From: an uncultured Elusimicrobia bacterium
GTDB lineage: Bacteria > Elusimicrobiota > Elusimicrobia > 2-01-FULL-59-12
Direction: 5' to 3'
DNA length: 64,000 nt
Assembly (NCBI GenBank): GCA_963702895.1
Contig: OY969767.1
Coordinates: 928,001 to 992,000 of the forward strand
Part shown: piece by piece, positions 1 through 9,796 of the stretch
How the letters are laid out: each line of letters starts with the position of its first letter
Numbering within the stretch: the first letter of the stretch is position 1
Position numbers and translations under genes: made by a program
The notes under the pieces: generated by a model
Seen by the model: only the letters and a program-made list of their open reading frames with translations
Database searches by the model: none
Told to the model about the DNA's origin: nothing

Positions 1-469
1 AGGCGCTGCGCTCACCAGAGGGTTTGGAGTAGATGCCGGTGAACTCGAAGGTGGTCTCCGCGAGGCTGTTGAAGAGGTGATCGCTGGCGCTGCCCGCTTT
101 GAGCTTGGTTCCCCAGAAAGCCATCGGCCCCTGGAAGCGTGTATAGGACAGCGATCCGTTGAGCTCACCGAGGTTTTCCGTGACGGCCCAGTCCCGCTCC
201 GGAAGGACGAGGGTCTCGTCGATCCGGAAGCCCCCCCCGCCGAGCTCGGCCCCCCACTGCCTTTCACGGTTTCTGGAAAGGACCCGTGTGGCCGAGATCT
301 GTTGATCCACTTGGGTCGGCGAGCGCTCCCCGGCAGGGGACACGACTCCTTGATAGCGGACTTCATCATGGGTCACGAAAAACGATTCCGCACGCGCCCC
401 AGCGAATGAACTCACCAGCAGGCCTGCCACGAGAACAGGACGTCTCGAACGTCGGATCAAGGTTCCCAT
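1..469 (-). CDS. Partial CDS running off the window edge; putative exported/outer-membrane protein
   Basis: Manual translation from ATG at 469: MGTLIRRSRRPVLVAGLLVSSFAGARAESFF...GSASDHLFNSLAETTFEFTG. Signal-peptide-like N-terminus; open to position 1; absent from the ORF track. Confidence 0.5.
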   Translation of the reverse strand, partial: MGTLIRRSRRPVLVAGLLVSSFAGARAESFFVTHDEVRYQGVVSPAGERSPTQVDQQISATRVLSRNRERQWGAELGGGGFRIDETLVLPERDWAVTENLGELNGSLSYTRFQGPMAFWGTKLKAGSASDHLFNSLAETTFEFTGIYSKPSGERSA

Positions 470-585
470 ACGATGTCCATCCAAGATACCTTGAGTGGTC
501 ACTCGAATGCAAGACCGGCTATGGAACATTGTAGAATGCAGCTCAGACGCCATTCGTTCAACATGAACTTCAAACGAGGAGACTT

Positions 586-972
586 ATGAAAATAGAACGG
601 TTAGTGATGCTTCTGGCGGTTTTGTGTGGTGCCATGCTTACCTCTGTGCCCGCTTCGGCGGCCAAAAAGCAGTCTTTCGATCTCTACAGTTGGGCTATCG
701 AAGGCAATACCAATTTTTGTTATGCGATATTGCCGTCCTCTAAAGAGCCCCGCACCGTCGGTGACATTAAGAATGCCAAAGACCAGGTCTGCGGCGGGCG
801 CGATGACCTCAAGCGCATCATGGGGCAGTCGGTCCCGAGGGACTCGAAGATCTACTGGAAAGTCGACGAACCCAATGGCTTTGTGCTCCCTGAACGCGCG
901 ATTGTCAATGATCTTAAGCGGTTCGTCGTAACCATTCCTTATAAGCTGATCGTTCCAGGGCCGAAAAAGTAG
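586..972 (+). CDS. Secreted hypothetical protein (homolog of 11328..11723)
   Basis: RBS GAGGAG upstream; signal peptide ending ASA; FDLYSW motif. Confidence 0.75.
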   Translation: MKIERLVMLLAVLCGAMLTSVPASAAKKQSFDLYSWAIEGNTNFCYAILPSSKEPRTVGDIKNAKDQVCGGRDDLKRIMGQSVPRDSKIYWKVDEPNGFVLPERAIVNDLKRFVVTIPYKLIVPGPKK

Positions 973-1157
973 TGCGATAACCTCGTAAGTTCGAAGATCA
1001 CTTATTCCGCGAACGTTCTCAGCGGGGCAGGTGGTAATTGCTCCAATCTTCAAGACAGAGGCGGTCGAACCCTCCTCCCATGGACTCATGCTATTTCCAA
1101 CGCCTGCGCGCTCAGGGCAGCCTCGAGCCGCTCATGCGTTGAAAGGAGAATACACGA

Positions 1158-2945
1158 ATGAACGCTGCACGGATGAAGAAAGCCATTGCTTACGCTCGAG
1201 GATTTCGTCTTTTCGAAGGTTTTGTACTTGCCCCTTTGATGGGTTTGACGGGACAACTCCTGGCGGGGCGCACGGTTCTGGACTCCACCGCGATCGTCAG
1301 TTTTCTCCTGTCCCCGAAGGGCTTCGGCGCGCTTCTGTTGATCAGTGTCGGCCTGGTGTTGATTCGGATGATGGAACAAGCCGGCCTTTCCATTTTGACG
1401 GCAGAAAAGTTTGGTGCTACGCCGCTGTCCCCCGTGGCCGTCCTGCACTTCGTCGTCAAGCGCATGGCCACGCTCGTCCGAGCCGCCTTTCGGGGCGTGG
1501 GACTCGTCCTGGCGATGCTCGCGCCCTTCTTGATCCTCTCGGGGTTTGTGGCGCGTCATTTGCTCTCCCGCCACGACATCAATTTTTATTTAGCGGAACG
1601 CCCGTCAAATTTCCTCTTCTGGGGGGTCCTCCTGATCTTGCTTGCAGCGGTGACGGCCGCGGTGATCCTTTGGAATGTGGTCCGGTGGAGATGGGTCGTG
1701 CAGACGATCTTGTTCGAAGATCAAACGGGTCGATCCGCGTTTCGCCGCAGCGCGGAGTTGGTGAAGGGCATCGCGCTCAAGGTCGCGCTGCAATGGAGCG
1801 CCATTGGGCTCTTGTATGGGGTCTTGGGACTCTTCGCGGCCTGGATAGGACGGTTGATTCTTCCCTTCGGCGTCACCCTCTTCGGGAAATCGATGACATC
1901 CTTGGGCGTTCTTCTGGGATGTCTGCTCGTTCTCCAGGCGATCCTCGGGGCATTGATCTTGGTCGCGGCCCCGATCGTCGAGGCAGACGTCTTCACCCGT
2001 CTTTATTTCAAACGGTCTGGGCAAAGCGTGGCAGGATGGCCGAGTGTGTCTTCAACGCCAGCGGGTCCCGGGAGCTTGTTGCCCGCATGGCTGAAGCTTG
2101 TTTTGTTCGTGGTCCTGATTAGTCTGGGTGCTGTGGCCGGTGGTCTTTGGGGGACCCAGGCCTTGTCGCTTGAGAGACCCGTGAAAATTATCGCGCACCG
2201 GGCCGCTGTGAAGGATGTGCCAGAGAATTCTCTGCCCTCCATCGAACAGGCCATCCGGGATGGGGCCGATGTCGCCGAAATCGATGTGCAGCTCTCCCGC
2301 GACGGGGTCGTGGTGGTGTCTCATGATAGGGATTTTTCGCGCGTGGCCGGTGTGGCCAAAAATGTATCGGATCTCTCCTGGAATGAAATTCAGAACATCG
2401 ATATCGGAGCCGGTGTTGGGCCGGTCTTCAGCGGGGCGCGGGTGCCGCGGTTGGAGCAGGTCCTCCAGTCTGCCCGGGGGCGCATTCCTCTCCTGATTGA
2501 ACTGAAACATTACGGCGGGGTGGACGGAAAGCTGGAGGCCAAGGTTGTGGATCTCATCCACCGTTACAGCAGCACGGGCCAAATCGAATTGCAATCCCTC
2601 GAGTATGAGGCGCTCCAGGCGGCGCGGCGCCTTGAGCCCGCCCTTCCCATCGGCTACCTGATGTCAGTGAACGCCCGAAAGCCCGCGCGGCTCGAGGTCG
2701 ATTTCTTAAGTGTCGAAGCGGCCCGCGCCGACGCACGATTCCTGCGTCAGGCCCGCCGCGCGAGGCAAAAGGTTTATGTGTGGACCGTCGATAAAGTTGG
2801 GGACATGGAACAGATGATGGATCTCGGGGTGGACGGCCTGATCACCAATCAGTCGCAGGCGGCCTCAGCGCTCGTACGTGAGCGTCGCGCTCTTTCGCCC
2901 GATGAAAAGGCACTCCGGCGTATCCGCGCGTGGCTCGCCCGATAA
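1158..2945 (+). CDS. Glycerophosphodiester phosphodiesterase with N-terminal membrane domain
   Basis: IIAHRA..PENSL..EIDVQLSRDG..SHD GDPD motifs; WTVD and GVDGLITN at the C-terminus; multi-TM N-terminus; RBS AAGGAG. Confidence 0.9.
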   Translation: MNAARMKKAIAYARGFRLFEGFVLAPLMGLTGQLLAGRTVLDSTAIVSFLLSPKGFGALLLISVGLVLIRMMEQAGLSILTAEKFGATPLSPVAVLHFVVKRMATLVRAAFRGVGLVLAMLAPFLILSGFVARHLLSRHDINFYLAERPSNFLFWGVLLILLAAVTAAVILWNVVRWRWVVQTILFEDQTGRSAFRRSAELVKGIALKVALQWSAIGLLYGVLGLFAAWIGRLILPFGVTLFGKSMTSLGVLLGCLLVLQAILGALILVAAPIVEADVFTRLYFKRSGQSVAGWPSVSSTPAGPGSLLPAWLKLVLFVVLISLGAVAGGLWGTQALSLERPVKIIAHRAAVKDVPENSLPSIEQAIRDGADVAEIDVQLSRDGVVVVSHDRDFSRVAGVAKNVSDLSWNEIQNIDIGAGVGPVFSGARVPRLEQVLQSARGRIPLLIELKHYGGVDGKLEAKVVDLIHRYSSTGQIELQSLEYEALQAARRLEPALPIGYLMSVNARKPARLEVDFLSVEAARADARFLRQARRARQKVYVWTVDKVGDMEQMMDLGVDGLITNQSQAASALVRERRALSPDEKALRRIRAWLAR

Positions 2946-2984
2946 AGACCGTATGAATGTTGCCGAAATCAAAAAGGAGAAATC

Positions 2985-3488
2985 ATGAAAACGTTGACTG
3001 TCGTTGTCGCAGCTCTGTCGATACTGAGCGCGCCGCTCTGCGCGGGCATGGATTCCGAGCTCAAAGCTGAGCGCGCCGCGGCGCAGGCCCAGCAGAAGGC
3101 GCTCATCATGCAGGCGATGAGCTTGGATGAAGGAACCTCCAAAGTCTTCTGGCCCCTGTATGATGCCTACCAAGCCGAGAAGGCCAAAATCAATGATCAG
3201 ACGGCGACGTTGATTGAGGATTACGCGATGAACTACAAGACGATGACCGATCCTGTCGCGATGACCCTCGTCAACAAAATGGTCGACCTCCAGGTCCAGA
3301 AGGTCACTCTCAAAGCGGAGAGTGTGAAGAAATTCGCGAAAGTCCTTCCCGGCCGCGTGGTCGCGCGCTACTTCCAGGCCGACAACAAAATTGATGCGGC
3401 CCTGAGCGCGAGCATCGCCAATCAAATCCCCCTCGTTCCGACGGATCAGACGAAGGCCCTCGTTCCCACGAGCGCGCCTCAAAAATAG
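2985..3488 (+). CDS. Secreted helical hypothetical protein
   Basis: RBS AAGGAG; signal peptide; FWPLYDAYQ motif. Confidence 0.8.
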   Translation: MKTLTVVVAALSILSAPLCAGMDSELKAERAAAQAQQKALIMQAMSLDEGTSKVFWPLYDAYQAEKAKINDQTATLIEDYAMNYKTMTDPVAMTLVNKMVDLQVQKVTLKAESVKKFAKVLPGRVVARYFQADNKIDAALSASIANQIPLVPTDQTKALVPTSAPQK

Positions 3489-3505
3489 ATTCATCGAAGT
3501 CAAAA

Positions 3506-3543
3506 CTCCCCCTCTCTCGACGTGAATGTCGAGAGAGGGGGAG
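3506..3543 (+). terminator. Strong hairpin, probable terminator
   Basis: CTCCCCCTCTCTCGAC-loop-GTCGAGAGAGGGGGAG just after the 3488 stop. Confidence 0.6.
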
Positions 3544-3586
3544 CCGTGAGGCGGCCTTACGTTTCAGCCCCGAAACTGCAGTTGTC

Positions 3587-3669
3587 GTCATCCCGGCATG
3601 CCGTCAGCCGGGATCCATCATATCTTTTACGTCGATGATGGACCCCGGATGACGGATCTCCGGGGTGAC
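3587..3669. repeat. GTCATCCCGGC-type palindromic (REP/RPE-like) element
   Basis: GTCATCCCGGC..GCCGGGATCCAT...ATGGACCCCGG..CCGGGGTGAC double hairpin. Confidence 0.85.
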
Positions 3670-3867
3670 GTCAAATGCAGGTTTCGGGTTAGTGGTATCG
3701 AGCGCTGAAGAAAGGATTCGGGGCTCATTCACGCTCACAGAGACCGATCGATCCTTGTGCCAGCGGAAACCGAAGCTGATCGGCATGCACGGTGTGGAGT
3801 TCTTCGAAGTTTCGGTCGGGTGGTCACCTTTTTAGAAGCAACACGGTCGATGATGTCGAGAAGGGGC

Positions 3868-4941
3868 TTAATCTCGGGACTTGAGGACATAGGTGCGGTA
3901 GATGTCCAACAGGATCGGTAAAATCGCGAAGATGAGGGGGCCCAGCAAGAGACCTGCGATTCCGAACACTTGCAGGCCGCCCAAGAGGGCGAAGGTGAAC
4001 CAGAAAAAGGGCAGCTGGACTTTATTGCCGGCCAGCAGGGGCCGAAGGACATTGTCCAGAAAACTCGCGATCACACCGAAGACCAGGATCACGACTCCTT
4101 TCCCAGCGTGTGCCGTCAGGATATAAACGAGTCCGACGGGCAACCACACGAGACCAATCCCCACGGCAGGCACGAAGCTCGCAATCGCGGTGAGGCCGCA
4201 CAAGGCCACCACGGCCGGGGAGCCCACCGAGACATAGGCGATGGTCATGAACATCGCTTGTGCCAAACCAACGAGCAAAGTTCCACGGACCATTCCTTGG
4301 ACGATGTCTTCAAAGCGATTGTGCAGGCGCTTGACGAAGGAGTCGGGGAAAGGAAGGCAGGCGATCCACTGTTGATAGAGCATTTCGCCGTCCCGAAAAA
4401 TGAAGAACAGCGAAAACTGAAACAAAACCCAGTTGGCAACGAGGGTAAACAGGTCTTTGGCCAGGCCGGCCGCTCCCTCCGCGAACCCTCCGACCAGCTG
4501 GCTCGCCAAGGCCGTGATGCGCTCGTCGGGGTGATCGAGAACCCCTTGAAGGCGCTCCACCACGGAACTGGGAAGTCGGGCCATCCAAGCAGGGGGTTGG
4601 GTCTTCAGCTGGGAGAGATGCTGGCCCCAGCTTGCCAATTGGGCCTTCACGGAAGGCAGGACCGCCTGAAGTTCGGAGACGGCAGAGAACAGAACAACCG
4701 TCAGAGGCACCACGATAAAAAGCATCACGAGAAGGCTCGACAAGAACGCCTGAAGCGAAGGGCCGGCTTTTTTGAGCTTGCGACCGATCCACAGGTGCAT
4801 TGGGTAGCAGACTATCGCGGCCACAAGCGCTGAGAGCAGGGGTCCAAAGAAAGGCGCCAGAAGCCGCCCGGCCTGGTAGAGCAGAAAGACCAGGAACGCA
4901 AAGAAGACCATCTGCCCGAGATTTTCTTTAATGGATGTCAT
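3868..4941 (-). CDS. AI-2E family transporter
   Basis: Multi-TM protein; DNVLRPLL and GGLQVFGIAGLLLGP motifs. Confidence 0.9.
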   Translation of the reverse strand: MTSIKENLGQMVFFAFLVFLLYQAGRLLAPFFGPLLSALVAAIVCYPMHLWIGRKLKKAGPSLQAFLSSLLVMLFIVVPLTVVLFSAVSELQAVLPSVKAQLASWGQHLSQLKTQPPAWMARLPSSVVERLQGVLDHPDERITALASQLVGGFAEGAAGLAKDLFTLVANWVLFQFSLFFIFRDGEMLYQQWIACLPFPDSFVKRLHNRFEDIVQGMVRGTLLVGLAQAMFMTIAYVSVGSPAVVALCGLTAIASFVPAVGIGLVWLPVGLVYILTAHAGKGVVILVFGVIASFLDNVLRPLLAGNKVQLPFFWFTFALLGGLQVFGIAGLLLGPLIFAILPILLDIYRTYVLKSRD

Positions 4942-4965
4942 TTCGGAGCTCCTCTCTTTACGGGA

Positions 4966-5193
4966 TCAAGCGCGTTCCTTAATAGCGGACGCCAAGGAGG
5001 AAAGCGGCGGTGCTCTGTGCGCAGTTCCGCGCGCGTCGCCTCCGGAGAGAACGAGACCGATCCGAGGACGCCCCTTGGTAGGCGGACGCGTAGAGGATGG
5101 CTCGCCGCGGACAACGAGCGGACAGACAGCGATAAGCGCCAGCAGCAGAAACGGTTTTTGATATCGGCGGGCCAAGGCACGTGTCAACATCAT
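4966..5193 (-). pseudogene. N-terminal remnant of a patatin-like phospholipase
   Basis: Signal peptide, then RPRIGLVLSGGDARGTAH (patatin Gly-rich block), then truncation. Confidence 0.65.
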
Positions 5194-5229
5194 TTCAGAA
5201 CCTCCCGTTGGAAAGTCAACCTTTCGAAG

Positions 5230-5898
5230 TTAAAGTCGAACAATAAGGCCCGCGGTGAATTCGAAAGGGTTCACCGCGCTTCCCGAAGTGGTGTAGGAAC
5301 AATTGAGGCCGCTCCCGCCTCCGGTGCAGAACGTTTGGGAATCGGAGCTGATGACCGTCGGCATCCATCTCGCGTCGACGCGAAGCCCGAAGCGCTTATG
5401 GAAATAGTATTTCGCTCCCAGTCCCAAACTGGCGCCGAAACGGTTCTCCCCGCTGTAATCCCCTCCTGGCTGGTAGTGTGTCATCCCCAAACCGGCCAGC
5501 ACAAAAGGCCGCAGGGACTGCTGATCTTCCTCGTCCTGCTCCGTAAAATAGTAAAGGCCGTCAAAGCGGAATTGATCTATTTTGAGGCTGGTCAAACGCT
5601 CCGCAGTGCCCCCCGGCAACTCCCCATACAAAGCGCTTTCCTGGCGGCTCCAGAGGATTTCGATGGAACCATCCTCCTGGATCTCATAACCCAGGATGAG
5701 TCCGTAAGATCCACCGTCCTGGATGTTGAGGCGGTCGTAGGAGGAGGACTCGGTCAGCGCGATGTGCGCTCCGGTCTGATAACCACCGAAGGGGGTGAGT
5801 TCCCAGTCGCTCGCCCAGGCGCCTTCCAAGAGAAACAATCCGAGAGCAAGCACGATTGCGACAAACACGATGCGTCGGTAGGGTCGAAACAGTTTCAT
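5230..5898 (-). CDS. Outer membrane beta-barrel protein
   Basis: Likely start MKLFRP at 5898 (RBS GAGG); signal peptide; alternating beta-strand pattern; C-terminal FTAGLIVRL. Confidence 0.8.
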   Translation of the reverse strand: MKLFRPYRRIVFVAIVLALGLFLLEGAWASDWELTPFGGYQTGAHIALTESSSYDRLNIQDGGSYGLILGYEIQEDGSIEILWSRQESALYGELPGGTAERLTSLKIDQFRFDGLYYFTEQDEEDQQSLRPFVLAGLGMTHYQPGGDYSGENRFGASLGLGAKYYFHKRFGLRVDARWMPTVISSDSQTFCTGGGSGLNCSYTTSGSAVNPFEFTAGLIVRL

Positions 5899-6016
5899 AA
5901 TCACCTCTGGAAGAACGATCGCGAAAATATTTCCGATTGGCCGCGTCAGATCATCTAACCAAAAAAGCTCAGTTGAACGTGGCTTATCGACTGAGACTTC
6001 GGGACTTTTTCGTGCC

Positions 6017-6088
6017 GTCATCCCGGCGAAAGCCGGGATCCATCATTTCCGTCGAAACATGATAGGCCCCGGTTTTCACCGGGGTGAC
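6017..6088. repeat. GTCATCCCGGC-type palindromic element
   Basis: GTCATCCCGGCGAAAGCCGGGATCCAT...CCCCGGTTTTCACCGGGGTGAC. Confidence 0.85.
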
Positions 6089-6297
6089 GTCAACAGAAGA
6101 TTCCTCGCTAACCTGACGAGCCATTATATAGATTGCCTTCGATTGCAACAAACGATCATGTTGGCTGAGGATGCTGTCTTGCAAGTGCGTGGCCGTTCAA
6201 GTAACATCTCGATAAGTCGCCGCGCAAGCGGCACGTCAGTTTTTTGAACCTTAGTGAGGCGTAAACTAATACCTCGCTCATTTCGGGTCTCTAAAAC

Positions 6298-6412
6298 GTC
6301 ATTCCGGCGAAAGCCGGAATCCATCATATTGTCGACGATAGACCCCGGGTCTCCAGAAGTCGGGCGACCCGGCCCGCCTGATGTGTGGAGGGCCGGCTTC
6401 CGCCGGGGTGAC
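6298..6412. repeat. GTCAT-type palindromic element with nested insert
   Basis: GTCATTCCGGCGAAAGCCGGAATCCAT...; the right stem is interrupted by a ~50 bp insert shared with the mqnD copy. Confidence 0.85.
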
Positions 6413-6479
6413 GTCCCAAAATGAGCAAACTGTTTATTCATAGCAGAGAGGTATCTATTGACTTCAGGAGGAATCAAAC

Positions 6480-7049
6480 ATGCCATCGTTATTGCGTCGT
6501 CTCCCTATGTTGTTTTTGTTCGTCCTGCCTCTGACACTGGCCCACGCGGAGGAGCATGCCGAAACCATCAAAGTCTTTCGTGATGCGGGTGAAAGCGGCC
6601 AGTTTTTTAAGAATGCTTACGGCTATGCCGTGTTCCCCAATATCGGAAAAGGCGGTGCAGGGATCGGTGGGTCTCATGGTTCGGGCCGGGTGTACGCCCA
6701 GGGACGTTACGTGGGTGATACCAAGATGACGCAGCTCACGATTGGCCTCCAGCTCGGCGGTCAGTTCTTCAGCCAGATCATCTTTTTCCAGGACAAGCGT
6801 TCCTTCGATGAATTCACGAGCGGCAATTTCGAGTTCGGCGCTCAGGCGACCGCGGTGGCCATTACGGCGGGAGCCTCAGCGCAAGCAGGCACCACCGGCT
6901 CTTCCGCGGGCGCTAGTGCCGGCAAAAAAGATGCCGACACCATTGGCAAGTACCGCAAAGGTATGGCGGTCTTCACCGTTGCAAAAGGCGGGTTGATGTA
7001 TGAGGCCAGTATCGGTGGCCAGAAGTTTAGCTATACGCCAAAGAAGTAA
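6480..7049 (+). CDS. Lipid-binding SYLF/YSC84-like protein
   Basis: AYGYAVFPNIGKGG...GLQLGGQ...KGGLMYEASIGGQKFSY. Confidence 0.85.
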   Translation: MPSLLRRLPMLFLFVLPLTLAHAEEHAETIKVFRDAGESGQFFKNAYGYAVFPNIGKGGAGIGGSHGSGRVYAQGRYVGDTKMTQLTIGLQLGGQFFSQIIFFQDKRSFDEFTSGNFEFGAQATAVAITAGASAQAGTTGSSAGASAGKKDADTIGKYRKGMAVFTVAKGGLMYEASIGGQKFSYTPKK

Positions 7050-7113
7050 AGAGCTTCAGCAAGCGTTCATCCAAAGCAATCACATTCTGAAGAACAGTCC
7101 AGAGGAGGCTGAA

Positions 7114-7776
7114 ATGGAGAAGCGGAGATTTCTTGTGCTGGCAGGAGTCGTCACGGGACTTGGGCTTTTCGGTTGTGCTACGACCTCGGTGAAGTCGGTG
7201 TGGAAAGATCCGCAGTGGAACACGCCGATGGGATCGATCATGGTGGTGGCCGCCGCTGAAAAAATCGGTATCCGGCGCGTGGTCGAAGACGAAGTCGCAA
7301 GCCAGCTCCAGGCCAAAGGGGTCATGGCTTCGGCAAGCTACGCTTACGGTCATCCTGTCCAAGTGCAGGCCCTCGAGGAAAAAGTGAAGCAGGCAAATTT
7401 TGATGGGGTCCTCGTGCTGCAGATGGTCGATCAGAAGACGATCGTCACGACCACCCCGGAAGAAACCCGCATTTCGACCTATAACGATGATCCCTATCGC
7501 GGTCGCCCAGGTTATGGTGCGAGCACCGGCGGCGGATATCACAGCGGTTGGTCCGGGTATTACGATCAGTCGATGACCATTACCCGCACACCCAGCCAGA
7601 CGCAGGAGCACAAGATCGTGTCTCTCGAGACGAAACTCTTCTCCGCGAAGGGCAACAGCCAGCCGGTCTGGTCGGCCCTCTCAGAAACCTATGTGCCGGC
7701 TGAAACCGGCGGCCAGGCCAAGCCCTTGGCTCGGGCCATCGTGCAGAGCTTGTCGACCTCGAAAGTCATTCCTTAA
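7114..7776 (+). CDS. Hypothetical lipoprotein
   Basis: RBS GAGGAGG; lipobox LFGC; SVWKDP motif. Confidence 0.75.
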   Translation: MEKRRFLVLAGVVTGLGLFGCATTSVKSVWKDPQWNTPMGSIMVVAAAEKIGIRRVVEDEVASQLQAKGVMASASYAYGHPVQVQALEEKVKQANFDGVLVLQMVDQKTIVTTTPEETRISTYNDDPYRGRPGYGASTGGGYHSGWSGYYDQSMTITRTPSQTQEHKIVSLETKLFSAKGNSQPVWSALSETYVPAETGGQAKPLARAIVQSLSTSKVIP

Positions 7777-7778
7777 GC

Positions 7779-9443
7779 ATGTTGCGGCGCCTCCCGCTCC
7801 GGAATTCTCGATCCTGTGCCCTCTTCAGGATTTGGTTGATGGCTTTGATGGGGTGCGCCGTGCTGCGTCTTGAGGCGGCTGGTCCTGCCCCCCTGGCAGC
7901 CAAGGACGAAAACGAGGCCGCTCTGGAGATGGCCCCTGTCGTCCTCGATGGGTATGTCCTGTTCAAGGTCCGCGGAGCGGCGGTCTATCCGGCCCAAGAG
8001 CGCGCCACAGCCATCACCCATCGGTTGAAGAATGCCTTAGGAGATAAAACCCTCGGTCCAAAGGATTTTCGCATCGAGGAAGATAAAGAGGTCACCGCCC
8101 TTTGGCTGGGAGATCGATTCATCGTTCGGGTCTTTGACGCCGATTCTGGTGCGATGAAAACCCCCCGCCATCTCCTGGCCGAAATCTACCATCAACGCTT
8201 GTCCGAAGCGGTCCAGCGCTACCGCGAGGAGCGCAGCCCAAGACGATTGCTTGAGAGCGCGGGCTTGGTTGCCTTGGCGACGGCCCTGTTTGTGTTTGCC
8301 CTATGGGGGCTCGGGGTTCTCTTGCGCCGATTCCAGGCGCTTGTGGACCGACACATGCAAGCGGCGGTTCAAGGGATGCAGTCGAAGACCTTAAACCTTC
8401 TCTCAGGAAGGCCGCTCTGGATGCTGACCGTGGGGTTGGTGGCCTCGTTGCGCTGGATCCTTTTGGTCTCTCTGGGATACGCGTGGTTGGCGTTCGTCCT
8501 GGGTCTATTTCCCTGGACCCGTCCGTTAGGAAATTCACTGTTTTCGGTCCTCATCGCCCCGCTCCGCCAGATTGGGCAAGCGACGCTCGAGGCCGTTCCC
8601 GGCCTGGTGTTTATCGCCATTGCGCTGCTTCTGACGCGCTACGCCATCAAAGCCTTACGGCTTCTTTTCGACGGGTTGGCTCGCGGGCATCTGAGTTGGC
8701 AAGGATTTGATCCCGAGTGGGCGAGACCGACCTACAAGATCGTGCGGCTCCTCATCATGTGTTTTTCTGCTGTCATCATCTACCCGTACATTCCGGGATC
8801 CAGTTCCGATGCCTTCAAAGGGATATCGCTCTTTCTTGGCATTGTGTTCTCTCTGGGGTCCACGTCGGTGATCTCCAACCTCATCGCCGGCTACAGCATG
8901 ACCTACCGCCGGGCCTTTAAAGTGGGGGATCGGATCCAAGTCAAGGATATCGTGGGCGAAGTGACGGATATCGGCACCGTCGTCACGCGTATCCGCACAA
9001 TCAAGAACGAGGACGTGGTGGTTCCGAATTCGCTGGTCCTGAACGAATGCGTGGTCAACTACTCCACCTTGGCCCGCAAAGGCGAGCTGATCCTGCATAC
9101 GACAGTGGGCATCGGCTATGAAACGTCTTGGCGTCAAGTGGAAGCGATGCTCAAGCTCGCGGCGGAGCGCACCGAAGGCTTACTGAAGACGCCGCCACCC
9201 TTTGTGCTGCACCGCGCGCTGGGTGATTTCGCTGTGACCTACGAGATCAACGCTTATGTTAACGATCCCCTGCGCTACGTGGCGCTCCAAACGGCGCTCC
9301 ATCAGAATATCCTGGATCTCTTCAATGAATACGGTATCCAAATTATGACACCCGCCTACGAAGGGGATCCCGAAGCCCCAAAGGTGGTCCCTAAAAATCA
9401 TTGGTTCGCGGCGCCGGCGAAACCACCCCCGCCCAAAAGCTGA
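7779..9443 (+). CDS. Small-conductance mechanosensitive channel (MscS family)
   Basis: NLIAG..FKVGDRI..GEVTDIG..VVPNS; GIQIMTP C-terminal motif. Start position uncertain. Confidence 0.9.
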   Translation: MLRRLPLRNSRSCALFRIWLMALMGCAVLRLEAAGPAPLAAKDENEAALEMAPVVLDGYVLFKVRGAAVYPAQERATAITHRLKNALGDKTLGPKDFRIEEDKEVTALWLGDRFIVRVFDADSGAMKTPRHLLAEIYHQRLSEAVQRYREERSPRRLLESAGLVALATALFVFALWGLGVLLRRFQALVDRHMQAAVQGMQSKTLNLLSGRPLWMLTVGLVASLRWILLVSLGYAWLAFVLGLFPWTRPLGNSLFSVLIAPLRQIGQATLEAVPGLVFIAIALLLTRYAIKALRLLFDGLARGHLSWQGFDPEWARPTYKIVRLLIMCFSAVIIYPYIPGSSSDAFKGISLFLGIVFSLGSTSVISNLIAGYSMTYRRAFKVGDRIQVKDIVGEVTDIGTVVTRIRTIKNEDVVVPNSLVLNECVVNYSTLARKGELILHTTVGIGYETSWRQVEAMLKLAAERTEGLLKTPPPFVLHRALGDFAVTYEINAYVNDPLRYVALQTALHQNILDLFNEYGIQIMTPAYEGDPEAPKVVPKNHWFAAPAKPPPPKS

Positions 9444-9478
9444 TCCCAACCCCATTTTTTTGCTTCAATGAATCCATC

Positions 9479-9658
9479 ATGAATAACGAAAAGGGCTTTT
9501 TAGGGCTGCGACCCATCCTCATCCTGGCCATCGTGGGAGGTTTTGCTGTGTGGGCCCTCTACCGTGGATACATCCAGTGGAAGGGTCCACGCCCTGCTGA
9601 GGTGGCGCAAGACGTGGCCGATGACGTGACCCGGTCTGTCAAAAAAATAGTGAATTAG
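9479..9658 (+). CDS. Small single-TM protein with prepilin-like KGF leader
   Basis: MNNEKGFLGLRPILILAIVGGFAVWALY. Confidence 0.5.
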   Translation: MNNEKGFLGLRPILILAIVGGFAVWALYRGYIQWKGPRPAEVAQDVADDVTRSVKKIVN

Positions 9659-9796
9659 GCTGCCAGGAGAAGTCCCCCCAGTCGGGTTGGCGCGCCCCGG
9701 GAGTCAGAACCCGTTTGAATGTTGTAGTATGGGAGCTTCTCAGGAAGGGAAGCTTCTTCACCTGTCATCAGAAAACTCGAAAGGAAGATTCATCAC

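Noticed and set aside
1031..2122. 363-aa ORF and similar long shadow ORFs (3970..4833, 5017..5958, 12057..13052, 48886..49668)
   Set aside because: They are alternate-frame or antisense to well-supported genes, have no motifs, and are expected in GC-rich DNA.
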